The translations under genes and the position numbers were made by a program. 44,086 nucleotides of DNA from a phage, in NCBI GenBank assembly GCA_021132495.1, contig GCA_021132495.1_4335.1. One strand, 5' to 3'. The notes beneath the pieces were generated by a model. That model saw nothing but the letters and a program-made list of their open reading frames with translations, made no database searches and had not been told where the DNA came from. This document shows, piece after piece, positions 35,402-44,066 of this stretch (position 1 is the stretch's first letter; each line of letters opens with the position of its first letter).

Positions 35402-36883
35402 TTACCGCTGAGCAGTGTCCTGTTGCTGCGCCGACTGCGGAATCTCTCCCTCTACCGGAGTAGCCCCGCCAATCGGCAGCGGCGCATCCTCGATAGCGTT
35501 CTGAATGTCCTCGTCCGTCCAGTCGGTTACACCAGCCTTACGCAATGCCGCGTAGTAAGCAGTAGCTGGTAACAGGCCCGCGTTAATGTCCGCCATCCAC
35601 TGAGAGCGGTCCTGAGCGGTCATCGGTTGCAGGAAGAACTCCATATTCAGTTTGAACTCAATCTCGGTGTCTTCACGCAATCCAAGCATCGCAGCAACCC
35701 AGCGCAACGCATCGGTGTACGCCATGCTTACATTACGCGCAATTGTCGCCATGACTGACGTATCTGCACCACGTTGCAGGCGGGCCGATTCTGCGGTGAT
35801 TTGCTGCGTCGGAGTGATAAGCTGCGCCCCAATCTGGATGGCCTGATTCTCTTTATCCAGCATGTTCTGCTTGGCGAGGTTGTTCTCTCCCGCCTGAACC
35901 AGAAACGCATTTCCGCCGTGACCGATGTTATGGCCAGAACGCGACCCCATGCGCACGCCGTGAGGGTTGGCTTCTTTCCATTGTTCCATGCTCATGTTCT
36001 CGCCTGGGGCGATGAACAACGTGGGCTGCCCTACAACGAAGCTGGATTCCTCATTGTCTGCGCTGTTGCGGAAATGTCCAATATTAAGCTCGGCTAACGG
36101 CAGCAAAGGCGCATCGTCAATGGTTGCATCATTGTTGCCCGCCCCAATGAACGTGAACGGGATTTTGCCGCGCAACTGTTCGCCAAGTTCCGGGAATATC
36201 TCTATTACTTCATCCTGTGCGCCACCTTCGGCGTCGAAGCGGTAAATGCGCTGGCGGTAGCGCCCGTCAATCAAATCGAGAACGCGATACTGCTCACCGA
36301 ACTTTGTTTCGAACTCTGAACCCGGTTCTGAGTATTCCCACACCTCGCGCAGCACGACCATCGTCACGCGGTTAACGGAACCAACGCGAGTTAGTCGCCA
36401 GTTGATGATGTTCTCTGCGGTATAGAAAGCGATGACCGGGTTTAATAATCCCGCGTTCTGTTCTGCCGCCGTTGCCGCGGCTGTCTCCGGGGCGTCCACC
36501 AGCAACCCGCCACGGCCCATCGAGTCAATCTCCATTAGCGTATCCTGCGCGTGCTGCCACAGGCCGACACCGGAACCATCAGCATTGCGCAACAGGTACT
36601 CAAGTTCAGGCGGGATAATTTGCTCAGGGTCTTTGCGCATGACGCTACCGACCATCCCTACCAGTGTACGTTTAGTGAAGTTGTAGCAGATAGCGCCGTT
36701 CTCGTATTCTTCCTGGCGCTGTGTAGCGTAGGTCGGGTCAGGTTCGTTCTTACCCACATTGCGCAGATAGCGAATAAGGTCGCCTTCCATAGCGTGGCGC
36801 ACCTTCTGCCATTTATCGAAGTGATGCAGCCATTCCCGGTGTTTTGTCTTAACACCCTGATTCTGACCGTTCATAGTTAACAT
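35402..36883 (-). CDS. portal protein
   Basis: 493 aa, directly downstream of the large terminase subunit. Confidence 0.75.
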   Translation of the reverse strand: MLTMNGQNQGVKTKHREWLHHFDKWQKVRHAMEGDLIRYLRNVGKNEPDPTYATQRQEEYENGAICYNFTKRTLVGMVGSVMRKDPEQIIPPELEYLLRNADGSGVGLWQHAQDTLMEIDSMGRGGLLVDAPETAAATAAEQNAGLLNPVIAFYTAENIINWRLTRVGSVNRVTMVVLREVWEYSEPGSEFETKFGEQYRVLDLIDGRYRQRIYRFDAEGGAQDEVIEIFPELGEQLRGKIPFTFIGAGNNDATIDDAPLLPLAELNIGHFRNSADNEESSFVVGQPTLFIAPGENMSMEQWKEANPHGVRMGSRSGHNIGHGGNAFLVQAGENNLAKQNMLDKENQAIQIGAQLITPTQQITAESARLQRGADTSVMATIARNVSMAYTDALRWVAAMLGLREDTEIEFKLNMEFFLQPMTAQDRSQWMADINAGLLPATAYYAALRKAGVTDWTDEDIQNAIEDAPLPIGGATPVEGEIPQSAQQQDTAQR

Positions 36884-36895
36884 TGAATAATCCTC

Positions 36896-38167
36896 TTAAA
36901 GTGCGAAAGTCACCGGGACGTTAATAACTGGTTTGCGAATCGGCATTTCATACGCGATAGGGTATGTGGTTCCATCATTCTGGTGGTCCACACCGCCTGA
37001 TTTATCCGGTTCGCCGTTCTTGTCGTAAGCCTGTTGCTCCAGGCATCGTGCGGTAACAGGGCAAGCCTGTTCATTAATCATGACCATACCAGATTCAAGC
37101 GCCTTATTCATCGCCGCTACGCGGTCTTTAACCGGTGGGTTTGTCGATTTAGCGCGCACTTCGAAGCCGGCCTGCTGTAACTGGGCAATATCAGATGTGC
37201 TGGCGTTGTTACTTTTACGGTTTTTACCGCTTGCGTCGGGGTACATAACGATATAGTGGCCCTTACTTTTCCAGCGCTCTGTTACGGCTCTCACCACATC
37301 GGGCGTATCGAACATATCCACCAACTCGGCGACTGCATGCCAGACTTTGCCACGTTGCACGTAAACTGTACTAGCCATGTGGCCTACGTTAAAGTCCTGC
37401 CCGATATACAGAGTCTCGCCTGGTTTTATTGTTTCGCGGCTGCTGTTTTTCCTGCGGTCATAGGCGTAATAGACAGTCCCCGCCGTCAGGTTGACGAACT
37501 CGCCGTTGATGTAGGCGTCAATCAACTGACCTGGGTATGTGTCGCGTAACGACTGCACATAATCTTCTGGCAGGAACGGGTTAGACAGGGTGGACGCCTG
37601 AATCATCTCGTAGCCTGGATTCTTTTTGACTACCCAGCGGTCATGTACGAAACGGAATCCTTCCGGGGTAGTGAACACGGAAACGGTATTAGCAGGTTTC
37701 GGTGTAATAGGTTTATATGTCCGCGGCAACTGGCGGTTACGGGCGATGACTTTGTTCCACGCGTGCTCGGCGTGCTCCATGTTAAGGGTGTCCAACTCGT
37801 CGATTTTCGCACGAAACGATTCGTAGCCAACGATTCGTGCTGGATTATCAAGTGTACGCAGAACAAAATCCCCAAATTGTCCGGAAGACGTATAGATTAT
37901 GTTGTCAGACTTGTTGTATTTGTACCGGATACCCCAGTCGGTGAGCTTTTCTTCCATACGCGGTGCAAGGATGAGGCGCACCAGGTCATAAGTCGGCTCA
38001 TACATGGCGATGATAGAATCGCTACCACCTTCCATGCTGTCGAGTAGTGCAGAGTTGCACATAACTTCGGATTTACCCGTACCGAAGCCAGCTACGAATG
38101 CCGGAAACTTGCAATGCATACCGAGAAACGCGCCTTGCGGCTCCGTTGCCGTGATATTAACGTTCAC
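36896..38167 (-). CDS. terL: terminase large subunit
   Basis: 423 aa; N-terminal P-loop AGFGTGKS; canonical position upstream of the portal. Confidence 0.85.
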   Translation of the reverse strand: MNVNITATEPQGAFLGMHCKFPAFVAGFGTGKSEVMCNSALLDSMEGGSDSIIAMYEPTYDLVRLILAPRMEEKLTDWGIRYKYNKSDNIIYTSSGQFGDFVLRTLDNPARIVGYESFRAKIDELDTLNMEHAEHAWNKVIARNRQLPRTYKPITPKPANTVSVFTTPEGFRFVHDRWVVKKNPGYEMIQASTLSNPFLPEDYVQSLRDTYPGQLIDAYINGEFVNLTAGTVYYAYDRRKNSSRETIKPGETLYIGQDFNVGHMASTVYVQRGKVWHAVAELVDMFDTPDVVRAVTERWKSKGHYIVMYPDASGKNRKSNNASTSDIAQLQQAGFEVRAKSTNPPVKDRVAAMNKALESGMVMINEQACPVTARCLEQQAYDKNGEPDKSGGVDHQNDGTTYPIAYEMPIRKPVINVPVTFAL

Positions 38168-38666
38168 CGGACACCACCTTAATTGTTACTTCGCTGATTG
38201 GCTCGTCGCGTACTTCTTCGGCGACAACTGTTTTATTCAGGCCCAGTTTAGCCGCGGCAAACGTAGCCGAGATGCCCGCAGCCCCTGTCTCAGTGAAGTA
38301 TGCCTCTTCCAGCGCCTGTGCTGTCTCCCAGGCTTCTGCAAATGCGGGAATCTCACGCAGCCAAAGCTTAATAATCGGGATAGTGACTCCGATGTGTAAG
38401 GCGAAGCGGGCCAGTGACGGTGGTTTATCCTGAATCAGCGGGCGTTCGTCACCCTTAGACGTAGGCACAAGCTCCCACGACGTGCGGTCGAAGAACTCGA
38501 TTAGTGCATCGCAATAGCCCGGGTCCCACAACGCGGCGGAATTACGGGATGATTGATAAAGGCTCTGTTTACCGCGCGGTCGTTTACGGCGACGGTTTGC
38601 GCTAACAGCTTCTTCATGTGCAGCTTGTACCACCTCTGGCGATGGCTGCTTAAGTTTCAGCTTCAT
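38157..38666 (-). CDS. terminase small subunit (putative)
   Basis: Basic N-terminal region, directly upstream of and overlapping terL; start chosen at ATG 38666 after RBS aagggga (track start 38705). Confidence 0.45.
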   Translation of the reverse strand: MKLKLKQPSPEVVQAAHEEAVSANRRRKRPRGKQSLYQSSRNSAALWDPGYCDALIEFFDRTSWELVPTSKGDERPLIQDKPPSLARFALHIGVTIPIIKLWLREIPAFAEAWETAQALEEAYFTETGAAGISATFAAAKLGLNKTVVAEEVRDEPISEVTIKVVSGER

Positions 38667-38760
38667 AGAATCCCCTTGCATATGCGTCTGACCATCAGAG
38701 CGCACCAGACGCGCCCTACGCGTCTAAAGGGATTATATAAGGGGATTGGGCGGGATGTAC

Positions 38761-38784
38761 AGAAAAGCCCTCCGTAGAGGGCTT
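38761..38784 (-). terminator. intrinsic terminator on the minus strand (agccctc-tacg-gagggct + TTTTCT)
   Basis: Hairpin plus T-tract separating the small-gene block from the packaging genes. Confidence 0.45.
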
Positions 38785-38888
38785 GTATCAGTTATATAGG
38801 CCGTGGCGTGGCGCTCGTTTACCGTCGCCGCCGTAATGGTCGTTAGCTACCGCTATAACCCAGGCATTAGGGAGGATTAGCAGTCTCA

Positions 38889-39089
38889 TCAGCAAATATC
38901 TTCCAGTACGTCGTAATTATCACTTAGATACTGGAACGCATCACCTCTTTCTACGAACTCGTCGCCAATAGCAAATGTTCCATCAGAGACGTCTATTAGG
39001 GGGTCATCGCGCCCGATAAACTGGAATACCACCTGACCTCCATCATCAAGAAGCGTATGCAGCATAAGTAACAATAGTTTTTTGCTCAT
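38889..39089 (-). CDS. hypothetical protein (66 aa)
   Basis: ORF track; coupled chain of small genes. Confidence 0.4.
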   Translation of the reverse strand: MSKKLLLLMLHTLLDDGGQVVFQFIGRDDPLIDVSDGTFAIGDEFVERGDAFQYLSDNYDVLEDIC

Positions 39090-39322
39090 TTCCCGCTCTC
39101 CTCTTTAGCAATGCGTTGCTCTGTTTTAGTGATACCCCGGCGCGTGAATAACACAGGGCTTGTCTTAACGTGCGTCATGAGACGATTGTTATAAATTACG
39201 TGGCGCTCGCAATCAACGTCTTTGCTGTACTTCGCAATCGTCATTTCGTTGAGGCCAGTTTGTCGGCATGTCTCCGCCATCGTGCCGAATTCTTTAATCA
39301 GGTTAGGAATGCTGGTAATCAA
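39086..39322 (-). CDS. hypothetical protein (78 aa)
   Basis: ORF track. Confidence 0.4.
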   Translation of the reverse strand: MITSIPNLIKEFGTMAETCRQTGLNEMTIAKYSKDVDCERHVIYNNRLMTHVKTSPVLFTRRGITKTEQRIAKEESGK

Positions 39323-39600
39323 TTTGCCTCTCCTTTAGTGACAGTAATGTCTTTCTTGTCCAGGTCTACAAAAATCGTATGTGCACCGCTTGTGTAAATG
39401 TGGCACCGCGGGACTAGGCTTTCTGTGGTCCATAAAAACTCGTGCGGACGACCGGCACGCACTCTCCTGATTTCAAACTTGCCGCATTTAATAATAACTC
39501 CGTAGTTATGGGTCGCAGAGGGGTTACAGAATTTACTATAAACGGCTTCTTCTATCGCGGATTCAATATCAGTGAATCTCGATGCAACAGTGCGTGCCAT
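39319..39600 (-). CDS. hypothetical protein (93 aa)
   Basis: ORF track. Confidence 0.45.
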   Translation of the reverse strand: MARTVASRFTDIESAIEEAVYSKFCNPSATHNYGVIIKCGKFEIRRVRAGRPHEFLWTTESLVPRCHIYTSGAHTIFVDLDKKDITVTKGEAN

Positions 39601-39687
39601 TAGTATCTACCCCACAGGAACCCAACCAACAGCCCAATGAAGTAACTAAGACCCACCAGACCGATAACCACCTCTAGACTCATACTC

Positions 39688-39879
39688 TCACCCCACTATC
39701 TCATCACCAAGCCACGCCGTTTCCCGTATATAGTCAACCACACAGGCGGCGTGCTCGCAGCTAATTGCAAAAATGTAGAAGCTAAACTTCTTCCCGTCGG
39801 CGTCGATGTGGTTAACCGAGTAAGGTTTCCACATGACCACATCGATAACTACTGGCTCAGGCGCTTTCATGCCCGTCAC
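39688..39879 (-). CDS. hypothetical protein (63 aa)
   Basis: ORF track. Confidence 0.4.
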   Translation of the reverse strand: MTGMKAPEPVVIDVVMWKPYSVNHIDADGKKFSFYIFAISCEHAACVVDYIRETAWLGDEIVG

Positions 39880-40057
39880 CAGGGGCTTTGTTCAGGTTGA
39901 AGCGGTTGATCAGTTCGCGGCGACGCTCCATAAGGATATCCACCCATTGTGCGTGATGTTTAATCCTGGCATCTAGGACCGCTATTTCGCTTCTGACTTC
40001 GTTTGTTTTGCCCTTTGCGGCCTCTACCATCATCTTTTCGTAGTCACGGTCAGTCAT
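39857..40057 (-). CDS. hypothetical protein (66 aa)
   Basis: ORF track. Confidence 0.4.
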   Translation of the reverse strand: MTDRDYEKMMVEAAKGKTNEVRSEIAVLDARIKHHAQWVDILMERRRELINRFNLNKAPGDGHESA

Positions 40058-40214
40058 TCTTTACGCCCCCCCCCCACATGCGATTGAGATACTTGTTCTT
40101 GTCCGGCCCCGGGAAACTGTTACGTTTCATTAGTTCCTCACGTGTCGGGAACGGGGTGTGGCTGACTTTACGGCCTACTCGTAATGGTTGGCTTACTTGA
40201 CCTTGTTCGCTCAT
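40050..40214 (-). CDS. small hypothetical protein (54 aa) containing a G10 homopolymer in its coding sequence
   Basis: Manual ORF with RBS aggaga; C-terminus WGGGVKND encoded across the homopolymer at 40066-40075. Confidence 0.35.
   Translation of the reverse strand: MSEQGQVSQPLRVGRKVSHTPFPTREELMKRNSFPGPDKNKYLNRMWGGGVKND
40066..40075. repeat. C10/G10 homopolymer tract
   Basis: Ten consecutive C on the plus strand inside a coding region. Confidence 0.9.
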
Positions 40215-40359
40215 TTCTTCTCTCCTGCATAAGCTGCTTTCAGTGCCTGCATCGCGGCGGCCCAGAACGCGTCGGCCGGGATATTACCGCTAAGGTTACC
40301 AACGGCGATGCGTGCCATCAGTTGCGCGTCTTCGAATGCTTCGGTATCTGTGATTTTCA
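40211..40359 (-). CDS. small hypothetical protein (49 aa)
   Basis: Manual ORF; stop overlaps the next ATG. Confidence 0.3.
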
Positions 40360-40518
40360 TTTCCCAAAAACCCCTTTAGTTTTCAGATTATTGCGATAGA
40401 ACTGCATCACATGTTCATTATGGAAGTTACTCATCTTCTCTACTCCGTTCTCGTTGTCGATGAGGTAAATATAATAGGGTCGTAGATAATAGTCAACTAG
40501 TCATTACAGAAAATAGAT

Positions 40519-40550
40519 AAAAAAAAATCCCGGCTGGGTCAGGGCCGGGA
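40519..40550 (-). terminator. intrinsic terminator downstream of the lysis genes (tcccggc ... gccggga + T9 on minus)
   Basis: 7-bp GC stem followed by nine T on the minus strand, about 65 nt after the endolysin stop. Confidence 0.65.
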
Positions 40551-40615
40551 TAAAACTGGAGAGCAGAGGGATGGAGCAGGAGGTGATTTAAGTATCGTCG
40601 GATTAGTCTTATGTG

Positions 40616-41155
40616 TCAACCTTTCACCGCGCGCCCGATAGCCTCAGCCTCCTGCCACGGTTTACCGTCGAACAGCGCCAGACGACCGGCGGTACGGCGA
40701 CGCAGGCCTAGTAACGGTTTGCCGTTCTGGTTGATGAACAGCGCCAGCTTAGCCCGCAGCGTTGCAATATCACCAGAACGCAGTGCCTTACCTGTGCCAG
40801 TAGTAGCCGCAATCACACCGGCACCCGCGTTATACACCAGGTCGCACACTGCGTCGAACTGTGCCTGTGTCAATGAATGGTGCGCTGCAGCATCAACCGC
40901 CGCTACTGCCTTGGCCATATCACGATTCAGTAACAGGAGGCCTTGTCCCGGGGTGATGGTCTTGCCTGGCGTTACGTCTGGCCCATAATGACCGTACCCA
41001 ATAGTCAGGTACTTCTCATTTGGCGTAGCACGATACGCAGTTCCGCGGAACCCCTCGAACGCGGCGGTGAATTTGATGCCATTGTTGCTAATGTTTCGAG
41101 ACACGCTTATGTCCTCCGTACGACAGCCACGCCTGACGAATCTGACGCAGCGCAA
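40616..41155 (-). CDS. endolysin, phage lysozyme family (GH24-like)
   Basis: Motif FEGFRGTAYRATPNEKYLTIGYGHYG matches the lysozyme catalytic region; start uncertain. Confidence 0.8.
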   Translation of the reverse strand: MRCVRFVRRGCRTEDISVSRNISNNGIKFTAAFEGFRGTAYRATPNEKYLTIGYGHYGPDVTPGKTITPGQGLLLLNRDMAKAVAAVDAAAHHSLTQAQFDAVCDLVYNAGAGVIAATTGTGKALRSGDIATLRAKLALFINQNGKPLLGLRRRTAGRLALFDGKPWQEAEAIGRAVKG

Positions 41156-41354
41156 CTAATGTGATTAATGTCTCAGGCAGCGTCGGTGACATGCTGCCCT
41201 GTAACAGGTGGATACATCCGGCGGCGCAGACAATAGCAGTCAGAATATAAAGCACACGCCCGAACAGCCCGTCGTCCACGTGTTCGTTATACACGTTGAA
41301 CAGGGACGAAGCGCCCATTGAAAGCATACCACCAAACCAGAATAACTCATTCAT
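41088..41354 (-). CDS. small membrane protein (second holin component or antiholin)
   Basis: Two predicted TM segments; ATG at 41354 overlaps the holin stop; track start at 41447 judged too far upstream. Confidence 0.45.
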   Translation of the reverse strand: MNELFWFGGMLSMGASSLFNVYNEHVDDGLFGRVLYILTAIVCAAGCIHLLQGSMSPTLPETLITLVALRQIRQAWLSYGGHKRVSKH

Positions 41355-41655
41355 TACCACCTCCGCGACGTGCGATGTATTCTCCGGCGACAATGCCAGA
41401 GAGACGGGAATAAATTGGCATCCAGAGAATAGCAATGATGAATCCAAGGCCCGCTATTTCGCGTTCACCTGCGATACCGAACCATTGAGCGGCGAGAGGC
41501 GCACCGAATACGGCGCACGCAAAGCCAGTGGCGAGAAAACAGAGAGCATCGACAGGGCCGGTAATAGTGACTTTGTGTTGCCGTAAGCCTATTACCCCAC
41601 CAGCTAATGCGGCAGCGAGAAGCCACCCCGTCACTGTTTCAGTAAATTTATCCAA
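41347..41655 (-). CDS. holin
   Basis: 102 aa with multiple TM segments and charged C-terminus, directly upstream of the endolysin. Confidence 0.6.
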   Translation of the reverse strand: MDKFTETVTGWLLAAALAGGVIGLRQHKVTITGPVDALCFLATGFACAVFGAPLAAQWFGIAGEREIAGLGFIIAILWMPIYSRLSGIVAGEYIARRGGGNE

Positions 41656-41730
41656 GATGAATCCTCCAGGTGCGTATTAAGTATGCAGTAACTGGAGGAT
41701 AGCACGGTTAGGAATTATCTTAATAACGGT

Positions 41731-42024
41731 TTATTTATGACGCCAGATGTATTGTCGTCTCTGCGGTTTCGATGGAATATCATCGTATCCCAGCGATTTC
41801 CAGTAATTAAATAACCGATTAGCGATTGCCGCGCGTTCCTGTGTTTTAAACTCTCCTAGATTCACGGCCTTTCCGTTCTGGAATCCACAGGCGCGGATAG
41901 CTTTACGCCGTTCTTGTATCTCTGGGTACAGCACGTTACGGCGACGCTTGTGTATACGTGTCTTCGCTCTCGGTGACAGCGGCGCAAGGCCGCTTCGTTT
42001 CAGGATGTCAGTTGCTAACGACAT
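41731..42024 (-). CDS. basic hypothetical protein (97 aa)
   Basis: Start moved to ATG at 42024 (TGATG overlap with the upstream gene). Confidence 0.4.
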   Translation of the reverse strand: MSLATDILKRSGLAPLSPRAKTRIHKRRRNVLYPEIQERRKAIRACGFQNGKAVNLGEFKTQERAAIANRLFNYWKSLGYDDIPSKPQRRQYIWRHK

Positions 42025-42212
42025 CACGCCACCCCCTCCACATGTGTAACCGACCCACAGTTCGCGCACTCGACATAATCAGGGTACTGGTCTTTGTATT
42101 TCTGTAACTCAGCTTCAAGTTTCGCGTAATCTTCGTAAAGCACTAACACGCCCTCAACATCAGGAGTAAACCCGAATATCTGGTCGTAGGTATATCTCTG
42201 CACCATAATCAC
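42024..42212 (-). CDS. hypothetical protein (62 aa)
   Basis: ORF track. Confidence 0.4.
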   Translation of the reverse strand: MIMVQRYTYDQIFGFTPDVEGVLVLYEDYAKLEAELQKYKDQYPDYVECANCGSVTHVEGVA

Positions 42213-42412
42213 TTCTCCTGTTTACCAAGTCGCTTAGGTGAGCAGATAGCGCGTACCTCTGAATCGATGGGCTTGTCACCCTGAAACAGAAAGTGCGCGT
42301 TCTCTGCAGCGCGGGCAGCCGACTGGCACGCCTCCATTGAGTAAAACGTTTCTGATGCCGCGAGGTGCATCTGGCCCGCGGACAGTACCCAGATGAATAA
42401 GATGCTGGTCAT
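42209..42412 (-). CDS. small secreted protein with N-terminal signal peptide
   Basis: Start taken at ATG 42412 (ATGA overlap); MTSILFIWVLSAGQMHLAASE resembles a cleavable signal peptide. Confidence 0.4.
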   Translation of the reverse strand: MTSILFIWVLSAGQMHLAASETFYSMEACQSAARAAENAHFLFQGDKPIDSEVRAICSPKRLGKQEK

Positions 42413-42957
42413 AAGTTTATCACCCCGCATTTGGTACAACGCCTCCCGTTGGGGTAATAATATTCCCAATCGTGCTCACACTCGCTGGATTTAGTCACGC
42501 CGCAATTAACACATACGGCAGGAGCCTTACCATTAACGAATTGCCAGTTATGGTAGCATTCCCGCGCGTCTTCCTTACGGCAGCCAGATTGCTCCTGCTC
42601 ACGGATAAGTTTGTACGCCTCCACGTCACCAGTAGCTTGGGCCAACGCCTTAATCTGCGCCGACGCATCACGTAACTGATTCTTGAGTGACTGTATCTCC
42701 GCATCTTGTTCCTGAACACATTCCCTAAGAATATCCGCGCGATGTTTGCCCCATTTCTTAAGGAATCTGCTATCCCCTTGCACCCAATCAGTCTTTTTAA
42801 CATAAGCGATATATGGCTTTTTATATCTTGCTAACTCGCTTTTAAGTGACAGCACCTCATGCGCCAGGTCTTCGCACTGTTGCTTATATGGGTTGTTACT
42901 TACATGCTGCCGTAGCTGGTCAATCAGGTATTCGAATACTTGGTTTTTAGTGTTCAT
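42409..42957 (-). CDS. coiled-coil protein with C-terminal Cys-rich (Zn-ribbon-like) domain
   Basis: CVNCG...CEHD...CTKCG; start moved to ATG 42957 (track shows GTG at 42966). Confidence 0.45.
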   Translation of the reverse strand: MNTKNQVFEYLIDQLRQHVSNNPYKQQCEDLAHEVLSLKSELARYKKPYIAYVKKTDWVQGDSRFLKKWGKHRADILRECVQEQDAEIQSLKNQLRDASAQIKALAQATGDVEAYKLIREQEQSGCRKEDARECYHNWQFVNGKAPAVCVNCGVTKSSECEHDWEYYYPNGRRCTKCGVINL

Positions 42958-43075
42958 ATTCTTCACTCACTCCGTTATAGACGCCGTTGTAATCTCCGTC
43001 GCAGATGAACGGGTAGAGCGTATCTTCATACTCGTCCTGCAACTCGCCTAAAGTCACTTCGCTATAATCTTTCAT
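42947..43075 (-). CDS. small acidic protein (42 aa)
   Basis: Manual ORF; first gene downstream of the minus promoter at 43097-43125. Confidence 0.3.
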   Translation of the reverse strand: MKDYSEVTLGELQDEYEDTLYPFICDGDYNGVYNGVSEEYEH

Positions 43076-43096
43076 CCTCTGTCTCTCCTCTAGTTT

Positions 43097-43125
43097 GTGT
43101 AAATGAATAGTAGCCTATTCTATCT
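43097..43125 (-). promoter_or_regulatory. sigma70-like promoter TTGCAC-N17-TACTAT with palindrome AATAG-gcta-CTATT
   Basis: Reverse complement matches the 660-688 motif including the adjacent gtgtgcaag. Confidence 0.45.
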
Positions 43126-43229
43126 TAGTGTGCAAGTAAATTTTATTGGTGTTTGTATTGTTGCATCTCCTGCAATAGTCGCTTCGATTGTTGCGTTTGG
43201 TGAAATAGAACAAAAATGAGAAAAATGAT

Positions 43230-43249
43230 ACGCTGCTGTGTAGCAGCGT
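43230..43249. other. perfect hairpin acgctgct-gtgt-agcagcgt
   Basis: 8-bp inverted repeat in the AT-rich intergenic region next to the tandem repeats. Confidence 0.4.
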
Positions 43250-43278
43250 AAGTCACAAAGCCAAATAGCAACCTATTG

Positions 43279-43374
43279 ACCTGTTACACCACCTGTTACA
43301 CCACCTGTTACACCACCTGTTACACCACCTGTTACACCACCTGTTACACCACCTGTTACACCACCTGTTACACC
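43279..43374. repeat. tandem array of 8 perfect 12-bp direct repeats (ACCTGTTACACC), with a degenerate partial unit at 43271-43278
   Basis: Counted unit by unit; the array starts at the stop codon of gene 43368..43571 and fills the intergenic region. Confidence 0.95.
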
Positions 43375-43571
43375 GGCGATGGTGGCTCAGGTAACGGCAT
43401 CCAGTGCGTCACGTACTTACCGTAGTGATTCCAAAATGGCTTTCTCTCGTCATCAGGAACTATGTAATAATCGTGCTGCACTGCGTTATTCAACGTTTCA
43501 TACACCAGGAATTCTTTATCAGTACTGCCGTTACCCGGTAACATTTCACTACACTTAATCCACTCGCCCAT
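43368..43571 (-). CDS. DUF551-like small protein, paralogue 1
   Basis: N-terminus MGEWIKCSE and internal THWMPLPEP shared with the adjacent gene. Confidence 0.6.
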   Translation of the reverse strand: MGEWIKCSEMLPGNGSTDKEFLVYETLNNAVQHDYYIVPDDERKPFWNHYGKYVTHWMPLPEPPSPV

Positions 43572-43767
43572 ATCTCACCTCTGATTCATCACACTTCAGA
43601 GACTCAGGTAACGGCATCCAGTGTGTTACGCCAACACACTTAACGTATCCATCACAAACAAAGTCACCGATGTATCTTGCTATAAAGCCATACCCGGCGC
43701 GGGCATAAACAATTACGTCCTCACCCTCTTCCGGCATCCGCTCACTACACTTAATCCACTCACCCAT
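43555..43767 (-). CDS. DUF551-like small protein, paralogue 2
   Basis: N-terminus MGEWIKCSE and internal THWMPLPE; tandem paralogue. Confidence 0.6.
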   Translation of the reverse strand: MGEWIKCSERMPEEGEDVIVYARAGYGFIARYIGDFVCDGYVKCVGVTHWMPLPESLKCDESEVRYGRVD

Positions 43768-43770
43768 AAA

Positions 43771-43914
43771 TCACCTCTGATTCGCGATAAACAACACACC
43801 AGCTTTCCACGCCCGCCACGCGAGACGCGTCTTAACGTTCAGGTACTCTTTCTTCGAACCCTTATTAACCGGCAGACCCTCGACGATGGCCCACCGTTCG
43901 AATGCTTCTCTCAT
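43771..43914 (-). CDS. small hypothetical protein (47 aa)
   Basis: Manual ORF with ATGA overlaps on both sides. Confidence 0.3.
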   Translation of the reverse strand: MREAFERWAIVEGLPVNKGSKKEYLNVKTRLAWRAWKAGVLFIANQR

Positions 43915-44066
43915 ACCAGAACCTCGCATTCATCCCGATACACGAACAATAATGACCCTTTGTACTCAATCATAAAACCATAATGGTTGCTGCTGAACGC
44001 CAGAAAAACATCACCTACCGAGATACCGAAATCTATAAGCCTGCGGTCAGTTATTCGAATTTTCAT
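43911..44066 (-). CDS. small hypothetical protein (51 aa)
   Basis: Manual ORF; RBS gggaggt 8 nt upstream of ATG 44066. Confidence 0.3.
   Translation of the reverse strand: MKIRITDRRLIDFGISVGDVFLAFSSNHYGFMIEYKGSLLFVYRDECEVLV

Noticed and set aside
43279-43374. Tandem 12-bp repeat considered as a CRISPR array
   Set aside because: Units are directly adjacent with no unique spacers, the unit is only 12 bp, and no cas genes are present.
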